Source: Candidatus Latescibacterota bacterium | Lineage (GTDB): Bacteria > Latescibacterota > UBA2968 > GCA-2709665 | Assembly (NCBI GenBank): GCA_965222075.1 | Contig: OZ244937.1 | Span: 3,456,001 to 3,520,000, forward strand | DNA: 64,000 bases | Reading direction: 5' to 3' | Shown: positions 47,275 through 57,666 of the stretch, piece after piece | Layout of the letters: the number at the start of each line of letters is the position of its first letter | Numbering within the stretch: position 1 is the first letter of the stretch | Program-made: the position numbers and the translations under genes | The notes under the pieces: generated by a model | Database searches by the model: none | What the model was told of the DNA's origin: nothing | The model's input: only the letters and a program-made list of their open reading frames with translations

Positions 47275-48555
47275 TTAACCAGACACAGCCGAATCAGTCT
47301 TTAGCAACACCTCGTTCGCCACGACCTGCTCCAGCCTCTGCCGCTTGCGAATCAGATGAAGGCCCCCATCGCGGGCCAGCAGGACCTCCGCAGCCTCCGG
47401 AAAAGAGTTGTAATTCTTGGACGACATCCCCGAACAGTAAGCACCGACCCCCCCAACCACCACCGCATCGCCAATTTTGGTCTCCGTAAGCAGCCGGGGT
47501 GCCAGTCCCTCCGGATTCCCCGGCTCCGGGGTCAGCACATCCCCGCTTTCACAGCAGTGCCCGGAAACCAGATAGTCTTTCTTTCCCCGCACTTCCGGCT
47601 CCCTGGGCACCACCACGATCGGGTGCTGGGCGCCGTATAAACTGATCCGGAGAACCTCGGTCATCCCCCCATCAACCTTGATAAATGTATACCCGTCTTT
47701 GCCCGTATCCACACTATCGATCGCCGTACAAATAAGCGCCCCGGCATTGGCCACCAGATAGGCCCCCGGCTCCACCTCTAATGTCAGCTTGCGACCGTAT
47801 TGTCCGTAAAACGCCTGGAACGCCTCTACCACATGGAGCCCGATCTTCTGAAGATCCGCCGAAGATTCGCCCGCCATGCGCCCCACCTTGAACCCGCCCC
47901 CCAGGCTCAGCGTCTCCACCTCGGGCAGCTGGGAAGCGATGCGCAGCGAGATCAGCGCGCAGTGTTCCCAGACCTCCGGATCGCCTCCGGACCCGATGTG
48001 CGTATGTAGGCGTCCGATCTTCAGATCGTATTTCCGCTTGATCTCCCGGACCTGGCCTAAGTGTTCGTACCAGATGCCAAAACTGGCGGACGGCCCCCCC
48101 ACATTGGTCCGGTTGCTGTGCCCCGAACCCAGCCCCGGGTTCACGCGGATACACGCCTTCCGGCCCGGATGACGCTCCCCAAAAAGGCGCAGCTGCTGAA
48201 GGGAGCAGGCGTTGAAGATCACCCCCCGGTCCACCAGGGCCTTCAAATTCGCGGGCGCTTCCTGCGCGGTGAGCAGGATGTGCGCGGGCGGCACCCCCGC
48301 CCGCATCGCCCGTTCTGCTTCAAAACCGCTGCTGGCGTCAATATGCAGCCCGGCCCGGTTCATAATCTGAAGGATGGCTGCCGTGGGCAGGGCCTTCATC
48401 GCATAACGCGCAGTAAGGCCGAAGGCATTTGGAAAATTGAGCGCCTCCTCTGCCCGGACCTCAAGCGTTTTCTGGTCGTACACAAAAACGGGCGTCCCGA
48501 ATTCGCGCTGTATATCCCGCACCTGGGCTTCGGTTAAAAACGCAAGCTGCTCCAT
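47275..48555 (-). CDS. lysA: Diaminopimelate decarboxylase
   Basis: GTPVFVYD, YAMKA, HTHIGS, LGGG, EPG, GHCCESGD, GAYC. Confidence 0.92.
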   Translation of the reverse strand: MEQLAFLTEAQVRDIQREFGTPVFVYDQKTLEVRAEEALNFPNAFGLTARYAMKALPTAAILQIMNRAGLHIDASSGFEAERAMRAGVPPAHILLTAQEAPANLKALVDRGVIFNACSLQQLRLFGERHPGRKACIRVNPGLGSGHSNRTNVGGPSASFGIWYEHLGQVREIKRKYDLKIGRLHTHIGSGGDPEVWEHCALISLRIASQLPEVETLSLGGGFKVGRMAGESSADLQKIGLHVVEAFQAFYGQYGRKLTLEVEPGAYLVANAGALICTAIDSVDTGKDGYTFIKVDGGMTEVLRISLYGAQHPIVVVPREPEVRGKKDYLVSGHCCESGDVLTPEPGNPEGLAPRLLTETKIGDAVVVGGVGAYCSGMSSKNYNSFPEAAEVLLARDGGLHLIRKRQRLEQVVANEVLLKTDSAVSG

Positions 48556-48668
48556 CACACCCCTCGCAGTGAATGGTGTTTTCAACTGAATGGACGAAGC
48601 GGTTGAATAATCCTCGAATTTTTCGTATGCTTAAAGAGTGGAAGAGGGGTCCTGCCGCCTGAATGAAC

Positions 48669-48696
48669 AAAAAAACGGCTCCCATGAGGAAGCCGT
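48669..48696 (-). terminator. Rho-independent terminator after tRNA-Leu(TAG)
   Basis: ACGGCTTCC..GGGAGCCGT followed by T-run on the minus strand. Confidence 0.75.
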
Positions 48697-48715
48697 GACA
48701 ACGATCTGATTGGGG

Positions 48716-48800
48716 TGCGAACGGGGGGATTCGAACCCCCACGGGCGCCAAACCCACCAGATCCTAAATCTGGCGTGTCTACCAGTTCCACCACGTTCGC
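48716..48800 (-). tRNA. tRNA-Leu(TAG)
   Basis: GCGAACG/CGTTCGC acceptor, CCAGA-TTTAGGA-TCTGG anticodon arm, GGTTCGAATCC; CCA not encoded directly (ACCCCA). Confidence 0.95.
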
Positions 48801-49009
48801 TTTTCCGGTCCCTCCGCGTCGGCAGGAAAAATAAAATTAACCCTTTAACCCCGTCTTTGCAAGGGAAAAAAAGCGCCAGTCGTAACCGACTGGCGCTCAG
48901 CGTATTCAATCTAAAAAAACAAATCCGATCTCCGCAGCCATCTGCCCTGCCATCGCCAGTTTTTCCGCCTGAATGAGCTGGATCTCCAAGGCCTTGTTTA
49001 TGGAAAAGT

Positions 49010-51376
49010 ATGAATATTTTCTCTAAAAAACAAGTGCTTACTGACCGAAAACGGCGAGAATGTCACCGGATCTGCCACTCCGCGGCCCTCCTCTGCCTCC
49101 TCTGGACCGCCCCGTCCGCGGCCCAGACCGGGGCAGTCTCCTCCCCCATCGGCCCTGCTGCAGCCTCCGATTCGGTCCACTACGAATACGAGGCGGACCG
49201 GGTCGAATACGACTTTCAAACCCGGCGGGTCGTCCTTATCGGAAATGCGGTCTTCCGCTACCGGGAGATGGAACTCAGCGCCGGGCGAATCGTAGTCGAT
49301 CGCAGGGCACAGCGCCTGGAGGCCGAAGCCCTCCCCGATTCGACCGGAGAAAAGCGCATCGGTCTGCCCCACTTTACCCGGGGCAGAGAGTACTTCTCCG
49401 GATCTGAGATGGTCTACGGCCTGGAAACCGGCCACGGCAGGGTACGGGGCGGTCGGGCCGTCCACCAGAGGAAATACTACCATGGGGAGGATATTTTACT
49501 AAACAACCAGCGGGAACTGCACGCCCGGGACCTCTCCATATCCACCTGCGAAAAGGACCACGTCCACTACGACTTCCTCTGCGGGGACCTGAAAGTCTTG
49601 GAAAATGACAAAGCCATCGCCCGTTCCGTCACCTTCCGCATCGGCCCGTTGCCCGTCGCCTGGATGCCCTTCTATGTCTTTCCCATCAAGGCGTCGGGAC
49701 GGCAGTCCGGCCTGCTGACCCCCAGCGTGGGCAGCAACAGCCGCTACGGCGTCCATGTCGGAAACCTGGGCTACTACCTCGCCCCCAGTGAATACTGGGA
49801 TGCCACCTTGCGGGCAACCCTCCGGGAACGGGGGGGATTTCTCCTCGACTCCCGGTTCGTCTACGCCGTGCGCAGCCGCCTCAGGGGCTCCGTCGATTTT
49901 TCTTTCGAAAATGGTAGCCTCTCGGGAACCTCCATCCGCAACTGGCGCTTAAACCTCTACCACCAGCAGCGCCTCAACCCCACGCTCAACATCCGGGGCA
50001 GCGGGAACTTCACCAGCAGCGCAAGCTTCGACCGGCGCAACAGCAACAACCTCTACCAGTTCCTCAACCAGCAGCTTCGCTCCAGCTTCTCCTTGGACAA
50101 ACAGTGGACCGAATCCAACCGCAGCCTCGACGCCAGCTTGACTTACTACCGGGATCAGGATAACAACCGGAACAGCTTTCAGGGGTTTCCGCGCCTTTCG
50201 TTTCGCCAGGGCCGGCGGGCCATCTTGGGGGGACCTTCAGGGACCTTCGGAGTGGACCGCCCCTGGTATCAATCCATCTACTACAGCTTTTCCGGAGACC
50301 TCGACACCGACTTTACCCGAACCCCCAACCCGGTGAACAACACCCACAATCTCACCCTTGGCACCCGCCTCTTTCTCAACAGCCAGCACCGCCCGTTCGG
50401 ATGGCTCGATTTCACCCCGTCCCTTGCCATCGGCCAGACCTCCTCCAGAAACAATCAGGACCGCCCCACCCGCCGGGAGTCCTACATCGCCAGCGTCTCT
50501 TCCAGCACGACCCTCTACGGCATCTTCCGCCCCCGTATCGGCCGCATCCGGGGCATCCGGCACCGGATGCAGCCCCAGGTCGATTTCCGCTACAGCCAGT
50601 TGGCCCGGGTGGAGGGAGGCACCCTTGGCTTTGGAGGAAAAAGGATCTGGGGAGACCCCAGGCGGAGCCTCAATATGGCCCTTGGCAACACCTTCGAAAT
50701 CAAAACCGAAACAGAAGGAAAAGAGCGCCGCTCGACCTTCGCCACTGCGAGACTCTCCACCGGTTACGACTTCGACCTCCCCGGCCAGAAGTGGCAGCCC
50801 CTCCGCACCACCGTCTCGGTCAAACCCAACCGCCGCGTCGACATCCGGATGCGCATGGCGCACGAACTCTACAACGATCAGGGGCGCTTCTCCCTCCTGA
50901 GCCCTCGGCTCCGCAGCTTCTCCGTCACCTCCAACTTCCGGTTCCGGGGTCGTACAGAAAGGGCGGCCCCCGATACGGAGCGTAGGCCCGGTTTCCCCAC
51001 GCGCACGACCGACTTCGGGTTCGAGCGCGACCTCTACGGCGAATTCGATGACGTCACCCAACCCTGGCGCTTTACCCTGGCCCACTATTTTGACCTCCAA
51101 AAACGGTTCGGCACCACCCAGAAACGCTCCTGGATAAAGGCCAGTTACGGGTTCAATCCCACCCAAAGCTGGCGCTTCGATTACGCCATCAACTACGACA
51201 TGGTCCGCCGCGACATCACCGCACAGAACCTCTCCATCTACCGCAGCCTCCACTGCTGGGAAGCCCGCTTCTCCTGGTATCCCACCGGCTTCAACAGGGG
51301 ATTTTACTTCAAAATCAACATCAAAGATATCCCCCAGATCAAATTCGAACACCGCCGGGGCGGGTTCGGCGTCTGA
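49010..51376 (+). CDS. lptD: LPS-assembly protein LptD-like outer-membrane beta-barrel; start uncertain
   Basis: OstA-like N-terminus, STC..HY, RQSGLLTP, YRSLHCWE C-terminal motif. Confidence 0.8.
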   Translation: MNIFSKKQVLTDRKRRECHRICHSAALLCLLWTAPSAAQTGAVSSPIGPAAASDSVHYEYEADRVEYDFQTRRVVLIGNAVFRYREMELSAGRIVVDRRAQRLEAEALPDSTGEKRIGLPHFTRGREYFSGSEMVYGLETGHGRVRGGRAVHQRKYYHGEDILLNNQRELHARDLSISTCEKDHVHYDFLCGDLKVLENDKAIARSVTFRIGPLPVAWMPFYVFPIKASGRQSGLLTPSVGSNSRYGVHVGNLGYYLAPSEYWDATLRATLRERGGFLLDSRFVYAVRSRLRGSVDFSFENGSLSGTSIRNWRLNLYHQQRLNPTLNIRGSGNFTSSASFDRRNSNNLYQFLNQQLRSSFSLDKQWTESNRSLDASLTYYRDQDNNRNSFQGFPRLSFRQGRRAILGGPSGTFGVDRPWYQSIYYSFSGDLDTDFTRTPNPVNNTHNLTLGTRLFLNSQHRPFGWLDFTPSLAIGQTSSRNNQDRPTRRESYIASVSSSTTLYGIFRPRIGRIRGIRHRMQPQVDFRYSQLARVEGGTLGFGGKRIWGDPRRSLNMALGNTFEIKTETEGKERRSTFATARLSTGYDFDLPGQKWQPLRTTVSVKPNRRVDIRMRMAHELYNDQGRFSLLSPRLRSFSVTSNFRFRGRTERAAPDTERRPGFPTRTTDFGFERDLYGEFDDVTQPWRFTLAHYFDLQKRFGTTQKRSWIKASYGFNPTQSWRFDYAINYDMVRRDITAQNLSIYRSLHCWEARFSWYPTGFNRGFYFKINIKDIPQIKFEHRRGGFGV

Positions 51377-51383
51377 GTCTATT

Positions 51384-51454
51384 TTGGAGTTGGGATTGCG
51401 GACTGAACCTCCTTTAATCCGCAATCCGCAATCCGCAATCCACAATCCACAATC
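51384..51454. repeat. 7-bp tandem/inverted repeat (AATCCGC/AATCCAC)
   Basis: GGATTGCGGA...(AATCCRC)x5. Confidence 0.8.
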
Positions 51455-51518
51455 TTTACCTTGCATCCCTGCTCTAAATAGACTAAATTAAAATAGATTA
51501 TCCATCTTTATCCTCCGA

Positions 51519-51546
51519 TTTTCACTTTTCACTTTTCACTTTTCAC
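51519..51546. repeat. (TTTTCAC)x4 heptamer tandem repeat
   Basis: Directly visible upstream of dtd. Confidence 0.85.
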
Positions 51547-51553
51547 GTCAACT

Positions 51554-51997
51554 ATGCGGGCGCTTGTGCAGCGGGTCAGCCGGTCTGTTGTCTACGTAGA
51601 GTGCACCTCCCCGGCTGCCCAAATTGGCAGCGGCATGCTCATTCTCCTGGGTGTCGGCCGGGGAGACACCCAGGACGACCTGCGGTTTGTGGCCGAAAAA
51701 TGCGCCCACCTCCGGATCTTCGAAGACGATCGGGGGAAGATGAATCGGTCTCTCCTGGAAACCGGAGGCGAGGCCCTGGTGGTCTCCCAGTTCACCCTTT
51801 ACGGCGACACCCGAAAGGGACGCCGCCCCGGTTTTTCCGACGCTGCTCCCCCCGAGGTCGCCCGGGTGTTCTACGAGCGCTTCGTCGAGGCCCTCCAGGG
51901 CCTGGGCGTGTCGGTGCGCACGGGGGTCTTTGGCGCCCATATGCACGTAGAAATTCACAACGACGGGCCGGTCACGTTGATGGTGGAAAGCCCTTAG
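51554..51997 (+). CDS. dtd: D-aminoacyl-tRNA deacylase
   Basis: [19 protein letters not shown]. Confidence 0.96.
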   Translation: MRALVQRVSRSVVYVECTSPAAQIGSGMLILLGVGRGDTQDDLRFVAEKCAHLRIFEDDRGKMNRSLLETGGEALVVSQFTLYGDTRKGRRPGFSDAAPPEVARVFYERFVEALQGLGVSVRTGVFGAHMHVEIHNDGPVTLMVESP

Positions 51998-52045
51998 CGT
52001 TGAAAATTGCCAGAATTGAATATTGGGAATATTTGTCACGCTCCA

Positions 52046-52684
52046 ATGCAAAAATTAATCCTCGCATCTGCATCGCCCCGCAGGGCAGACCTCCTGCGGA
52101 TGTTGGGGCTTCCCTTCCAGGTCGTGCCCAGTGGCGTTTCAGAGGCCCTCGAAACGCCACTGGAGCCGGCCGACCACGTCCTGAAGATTTCCCGACGAAA
52201 GGCCCGGGCCGTGGCCCGGAATTTTCGGGGCGAACTCGTTTTGGGCGCAGATACCGTGGTCGTCCTGGAGGGCAATATCCTCGAAAAACCGGCAGACTCC
52301 AACGATGCGGCCCGGATGCTCACCCGGCTTTCCGGGAAAACCCATCAAGTCTTCACGGCCCTGACCCTGATCGATACCGCCAGTGGATCTACCCTTTCCG
52401 ACGTGGCCGTCACCGATGTGACCATAAGGCGCCTCTCTCCCGAAGATATCCGCCGCTATGTGGAGACAGGGGAGTCTTCGGACAAGGCTGGAGCCTATGC
52501 GGCCCAGGGCAGGGCGGTGGTATTCATCGAATCGGTCTCCGGCTGCTTCTACAATGTGGTCGGGTTGCCGCTGGCCTGTCTGTGGGGCCTGATCGGCCGC
52601 ATACTTGCCCGCTCCCCCTGGTCCCTGATTCCAAAGGGAGCCTCCGTGCCCAACCTGATCTCATCCGGGCGGTCAGAATCGTGA
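52046..52684 (+). CDS. maf: Maf-family nucleotide pyrophosphatase
   Basis: LILASASPRR, GADTVV, EKP, DKAGAY, NVVGLP. Confidence 0.94.
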   Translation: MQKLILASASPRRADLLRMLGLPFQVVPSGVSEALETPLEPADHVLKISRRKARAVARNFRGELVLGADTVVVLEGNILEKPADSNDAARMLTRLSGKTHQVFTALTLIDTASGSTLSDVAVTDVTIRRLSPEDIRRYVETGESSDKAGAYAAQGRAVVFIESVSGCFYNVVGLPLACLWGLIGRILARSPWSLIPKGASVPNLISSGRSES

Positions 52685-52708
52685 CCGCGCTGTTCTGAGA
52701 GTTAGACA

Positions 52709-53680
52709 ATGGACGATTTCTGTGCAGAACTCAAGGCCCAGCGGGAGGCCTCCGGCCTTTCGGTGGATGACCTTTTCGAACGCACCCGGATCAACCCCAC
52801 CTTTCTGGACGCCCTCGAAGCCGGGAATTTTGACATCCTCCCCGAGGCCTACACCCGGCTCTTTCTGAAAAAATACGCCCAGGAGATCGGGCTCAACCCC
52901 CGCGAGATTCTGGGCCGATACGAGGCGCTCAGGCGTCCCTCGGATGCATCAGACAGCCAGTCCCCACCACCAAAGCGCGCACGCGTGCCGTCCACAGGGC
53001 TAATGCTGGTCATCGCCTTCGGGCTGGTCCTGGCGGTGGGCATCGGCACGATGGCCCTCAAGAACCGGGACCGGTCTGCTTCCTCCAAAGCGACCTCAAA
53101 AGGGAACGCCCGCACCGCCGTTCAACTACCCTCGCCCCCCGGGGAGGCCGCACGCGGTGAAACGAGCGATTCTGTTTCACCCTCCAACGATGTTCCCTCC
53201 GGTGCGCCGTTCACCCAACGGGAGATCCCGCAAACGCCCGTTGGGGAGGCCCGGCCACCAAGCGTCCGGGTGGAGGCTCCATCCCCAGGGAATTCCCTCA
53301 CCGCAACAGGGCCCACAACCCTTCCCACCGAACGGGTCGTTGTGGCCTATTCCCTCTCCATCCCGCTTCCCTCCATCGGCACGGACAGCCTCCTGATCCT
53401 CGCAGGTCGCGCCCTTCAAACCACCCGGGTAACCGTGTTGGCCGACGGCGAACCGATATTCGACGGCACCCTGTCCGCCGGTCAAAAGCGTCTCTGGAAC
53501 GCCCGCAGCCGATTCCGGATCGAGGTCGAAAACGCCCCCGGCGTGGCCTTCTCCCTGCAAGGACACGCCTTCAATCTCCTGGGCAAACCGGGCCGTAAAC
53601 TCCGCCTTTCTATCTCCCGGTCCTCCATCTGGGTGGAAGAGGTCGAGCCCTCCCCTTCCAGCGCCGCCGTGGACTTCTGA
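52709..53680 (+). CDS. rodZ: RodZ-like HTH membrane protein
   Basis: TRINPTFLDALEAGNFDILP..FLKKYA HTH, one TM helix, DUF4115-like C-terminus. Confidence 0.78.
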   Translation: MDDFCAELKAQREASGLSVDDLFERTRINPTFLDALEAGNFDILPEAYTRLFLKKYAQEIGLNPREILGRYEALRRPSDASDSQSPPPKRARVPSTGLMLVIAFGLVLAVGIGTMALKNRDRSASSKATSKGNARTAVQLPSPPGEAARGETSDSVSPSNDVPSGAPFTQREIPQTPVGEARPPSVRVEAPSPGNSLTATGPTTLPTERVVVAYSLSIPLPSIGTDSLLILAGRALQTTRVTVLADGEPIFDGTLSAGQKRLWNARSRFRIEVENAPGVAFSLQGHAFNLLGKPGRKLRLSISRSSIWVEEVEPSPSSAAVDF

Positions 53681-53684
53681 CCCG

Positions 53685-56129
53685 ATGACGCCCCCCCCCT
53701 ACGCACAGATCGTCCCCCTTGGCGCACCTATAGACCAGGACATGACCTACTATGTGCCCGATGACCTGCACGCCCACATCCGGGTCGGCAGCCGGGCGCT
53801 TATCCCCCTGGGCGCGCGATGGACCACCGGCATCGTCGTCGGCTTCCAGGATCGGTATGACCTGGAAGGGGTCAAATCGGTGGGCATCCTCCTTGACCCC
53901 TATCCGGTGCTTTCGGAGGACATGCTCGACCTCTGTCGCTGGGTGGCCAACTATTACCTCTGCACCCTGTCGGAGGTCCTCAAGACCGCCCTGCCCGCGG
54001 GCATCCATACCCACAGCGGCCAGCGCATCGCCCTCCAAGATTTCGACCGGATGCCGGACGGCCTCGTCTCCCCCCGGCAGCAGGCCGTGCTGGACCACCT
54101 CCGCAGCAGCGGATCGGCCACGCTCCGCCAGATCGAACGCCGCCTCGGAGGGGGAGGCGTCCGCGGTGCGGTCTACGGCCTCCTGCGGCGCGGCCTGATC
54201 AGCGTAGATCAGGAGATAAACACGCCCAGGGTCAAGCCGAAGCGGGAACGGATCGTGGAACTGGTTCCCCAGGATGCCCGCTGGATCGACGTGGAACTCC
54301 CACAGCTGGAGCGACGCGCGCCCATGCAGGCCGAGTGCATCCGCCGCCTCTGGCGGTCGGGCGGGCGCCTTCCCTCCACAGAACTGACCTCGGCCGGCAT
54401 CGGCGCGGGCGTGCTGAGGGCGCTGGCAGACCGGAAGGTCGTCCGCTTCGGCTTCCGGGAGGTTCTCCGGGACCCCTATGCCAACCTCAACGTTCCCCCT
54501 CCTCAAGACCTGGCGCCCACAACCCACCAGCAAAAGGCCATAGAGGAGATCTGCCAAAGCCTCGACGCCGGGACCTTCCAGGCCCACCTCCTCCACGGCG
54601 TCACCGGCTCGGGCAAAACCCTCATCTACATCTGCGCCGCCGCCCACGCCCTCAAAGCCGGGCGGGGGGCGCTCATCCTGGTCCCGGAGATCTCGCTGAC
54701 CCCCCAGACCGTCCGCAGCTTTCGGGCGCACTTTGGCAACCGCGTCGCCGTGCTCCACAGCGCTCTCTCCGAAGGGGAACGCTACGACGCCTGGCGGGAA
54801 GTCCGCGAAGGCAAACGGACCATCGTCATCGGCGCCCGGTCTGCGGTCTTTGCCCCCGTCCAAAACCTTGGACTGATCGTGGTAGACGAAGAACACGACG
54901 GCTCGTACAAACAGGCCGACCCCGCCCCCCGCTACAACGCCCGGGATGTGGCGATCGTGCGCGCCAAAATGGAAGGGAGTGCCGCCGTCCTCGGGTCGGC
55001 GACCCCCTCCCTTGAATCTTACCACAACGCCGGCATCCACAAATTCAACCTCCTCTGCATCCCCGAACGGATCGACGCGCGCCCCCTGCCCGAAGTCATC
55101 CTTGTCGACATGAAAAGAGAGGGCGGCGGCATCTTCTCCAAACCCCTGCGGGAAAAGATGGTGGACCGACTTCGGAAAAAGGAGCGCATCATCCTGCTGC
55201 AGAACCGCAGGGGCTATGCCCCCTTTGTCCAGTGTACCGACTGCGGCCGCTCCATTGAATGCCCCAACTGTCAGGTCACCTTCACCTACCACGCCACCGG
55301 CCGCCGCATGGTCTGTCACTACTGCGCGCGCAACGTCCCGGCCCCTTCTTGCTGTGATGCCTGCGACGGGGCCAACCTCCAGCTTTTTGGCGTGGGCACG
55401 CAGCGCGTGGAAGAGGCCCTCAAAGCGCAGTTTCCAGAGGCCCGGATGCTGCGCATGGACATGGATACCACAAGGCGTAAAGGCGCCCACGACCGGATCT
55501 TAGAGTCCTTTCGCAGAGGGGATGCGGACCTCCTCCTGGGCACCCAGATGGTGGCCAAGGGGCTCGACTTCCCCGGCGTCACCCTCGTGGGCGTCATCTC
55601 GGCCGATACCAGCATCCACCTACCCGACTTCCGCGCCGGCGAGCGCACCTTCCAGCTGCTCACCCAGGTCAGCGGACGGGCCGGACGGGGAGCAACGCCG
55701 GGAGAGGTGGTCGTCCAGACCTACCTCCCCGACGGGGAGGCCGTCGGGTGCGCTCGCGAACATAACTTTCTCAAGTTTGCCCAACTCGAATTGGCCGCGA
55801 GGCAAAGCGTGGGCTACCCCCCCTTTGGCCGGATGGCCCTCTTCCTGTTCAAGGGAAAAGATGAGCACGAGGTCGCCCGCACGGCTGGCATCTGCGCTGA
55901 AGCCATGCGATCCGCAGCGCCCCCAAGCGTCAATGTCATGGGCCCGGTAGCTGCCCCGCTCGCCCGCATCCGGGGCAGCTACCGCTGGCAGGTCATCCTC
56001 AAAACCGCCTCGCCCCACAAGCTGAACGCCCTGGCCCGGGGGGCCCTGGACCAATTTGGCAACCGCAGCCGAAACCGCCGTTCGGGCGTCATCTTAGACA
56101 TCGACATTGACCCGATTTCCATACTATAA
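53685..56129 (+). CDS. priA: Primosomal protein N'
   Basis: HGVTGSGKT, DEEHD, GSATPS, NRRGY, Zn-finger CxxC pairs, GTQMVAKGLDF. Confidence 0.97.
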   Translation: MTPPPYAQIVPLGAPIDQDMTYYVPDDLHAHIRVGSRALIPLGARWTTGIVVGFQDRYDLEGVKSVGILLDPYPVLSEDMLDLCRWVANYYLCTLSEVLKTALPAGIHTHSGQRIALQDFDRMPDGLVSPRQQAVLDHLRSSGSATLRQIERRLGGGGVRGAVYGLLRRGLISVDQEINTPRVKPKRERIVELVPQDARWIDVELPQLERRAPMQAECIRRLWRSGGRLPSTELTSAGIGAGVLRALADRKVVRFGFREVLRDPYANLNVPPPQDLAPTTHQQKAIEEICQSLDAGTFQAHLLHGVTGSGKTLIYICAAAHALKAGRGALILVPEISLTPQTVRSFRAHFGNRVAVLHSALSEGERYDAWREVREGKRTIVIGARSAVFAPVQNLGLIVVDEEHDGSYKQADPAPRYNARDVAIVRAKMEGSAAVLGSATPSLESYHNAGIHKFNLLCIPERIDARPLPEVILVDMKREGGGIFSKPLREKMVDRLRKKERIILLQNRRGYAPFVQCTDCGRSIECPNCQVTFTYHATGRRMVCHYCARNVPAPSCCDACDGANLQLFGVGTQRVEEALKAQFPEARMLRMDMDTTRRKGAHDRILESFRRGDADLLLGTQMVAKGLDFPGVTLVGVISADTSIHLPDFRAGERTFQLLTQVSGRAGRGATPGEVVVQTYLPDGEAVGCAREHNFLKFAQLELAARQSVGYPPFGRMALFLFKGKDEHEVARTAGICAEAMRSAAPPSVNVMGPVAAPLARIRGSYRWQVILKTASPHKLNALARGALDQFGNRSRNRRSGVILDIDIDPISIL

Positions 56130-56164
56130 CTGTACGGGCGACCGGCCGGTCGCCCCTTCTGTCC

Positions 56165-57631
56165 ATGCTCTTCGACCGAATCAAATCCCTGTTCAAACAC
56201 ACCGCCATCTACGGCATCGGCGACCTGCTGGGGCGCGCCGTATCCGTCTTTCTGCTGCCCCTCTACGCCCGGATGCTCTCCACCGACGACAACGGCGTGA
56301 GGTCCCTCGCCTTCGTCTTTATCGGCTTCAGCACCATCTTCTACTCTCTGGGGCTGAACCAGGCTCTGGTTCGCTATCTCTCGGGAGAGGGCGACTCGGC
56401 GGTTCATCGCAACCGCTTCAGTTCCGCCTTCTGGACCCTCTTTGGCGTGGGCCTCACCTTCTCCGCCCTGCTCTGGGCAGGGGCAGTTCCGCTTGCGCAC
56501 TATTTCCTGGGAGTCGAGGCCTATGCCGACATCTTCCATCTGATGGCGGTGATTATCCTGCTGGATACCCTCAGCGAACCCCTCTTCACCGTCTGCCGGG
56601 CCCGGCAGCGCTCCGCCACCTACGCGGCGGTCAGACTCGTGCAGCACAGCCTGCAAATGGGCCTCACCGTCTACCTCATCGCCGGCCTTGGACAGGGTGT
56701 TCGAGCGATTTTCTGGAGCAACGTCGCCAGCTCGGCCTTCGCCTTTCTTGCGCTCTCTCCGGTCTGCTGGCAGAACCTCCGCCTGATCTATTCTCCCGCA
56801 GCCGTCCGAGAACTCCTTGCTTTTGGCATTCCCTTTGTTCCCTCCGCTCTGGCGCTTCTTGTCATCAACCTTTCCGACCGTTTCCTGATTAGAATTTTCC
56901 TCGGAATCGAAGAGGTGGGCATCTACGATATCGTCTACAAGTTCACCCTGCCCATGCTCATTGCGGTCCGTGTGCTCCGGGCCGCCTGGGCGCCGGCGAT
57001 CCTCTCAATTCCCGACCGGGAAGGTGCGCATGCCCTCTGTGCGCGGGTGACCACATACTTCAGCCTGACAGCGGTGTTTCTCTTCCTCTGCATCCTGAAC
57101 TTTTCCAGGGAACTGATCCTCCTGGTCGCCGGGTCCAACGCGCCTGTCTATCTCAAGGGTCAGGGTATTGTTGCCCCCATCCTGCTCGCGTTCCTCTTCT
57201 CCGGGATCTATGTTATCTTCACGGCCGGCGTCTATGCCGAGAGGCGCACCCGGGTGCTCCCGGCCATCGTCGGCGCAGGAGCGGTTGTAAATATCGGCAT
57301 CAACCTGCTTCTCATCCCCCGGATCGGATTTATCGCCGCAGCTTGGAGTACGCTGGCCGCCTACAGCCTTATGGTGCTGCTCCTCTACCTCCAAACACGC
57401 CGCTTCTACCCGGTGCCTTACGAATACCGGCGCCTCGCAAAGATCAGTGTGGCCGGAACAGTTGTCTTTCTCTTCACATCCGATTATATTCACCAGATCA
57501 CGCCCGGGGGCATCGCGCGGGGGATCTCCCTGCTGGCCTACCCCATCATCCTCTGGGGCTGGAACTTTTTCGACCCGCAGGAATGGCATAACCTCCGATC
57601 GATGGTCCGGTTCCCCTGGGTGCAAAGCTAA
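56165..57631 (+). CDS. Polysaccharide flippase (Wzx/MOP family)
   Basis: HTAIYGIG..LLPLYAR, SDRFLI, multiple TM helices. Confidence 0.85.
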   Translation: MLFDRIKSLFKHTAIYGIGDLLGRAVSVFLLPLYARMLSTDDNGVRSLAFVFIGFSTIFYSLGLNQALVRYLSGEGDSAVHRNRFSSAFWTLFGVGLTFSALLWAGAVPLAHYFLGVEAYADIFHLMAVIILLDTLSEPLFTVCRARQRSATYAAVRLVQHSLQMGLTVYLIAGLGQGVRAIFWSNVASSAFAFLALSPVCWQNLRLIYSPAAVRELLAFGIPFVPSALALLVINLSDRFLIRIFLGIEEVGIYDIVYKFTLPMLIAVRVLRAAWAPAILSIPDREGAHALCARVTTYFSLTAVFLFLCILNFSRELILLVAGSNAPVYLKGQGIVAPILLAFLFSGIYVIFTAGVYAERRTRVLPAIVGAGAVVNIGINLLLIPRIGFIAAAWSTLAAYSLMVLLLYLQTRRFYPVPYEYRRLAKISVAGTVVFLFTSDYIHQITPGGIARGISLLAYPIILWGWNFFDPQEWHNLRSMVRFPWVQS

Positions 57632-57666
57632 AAGAGTCCATACGAAAATTTGCTGAGCTGGGAGGA

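Noticed and set aside
45532-48800. tRNA genes as integration sites of an island
   Set aside because: No duplicated tRNA 3' end or adjacent integrase seen; genes between them are housekeeping
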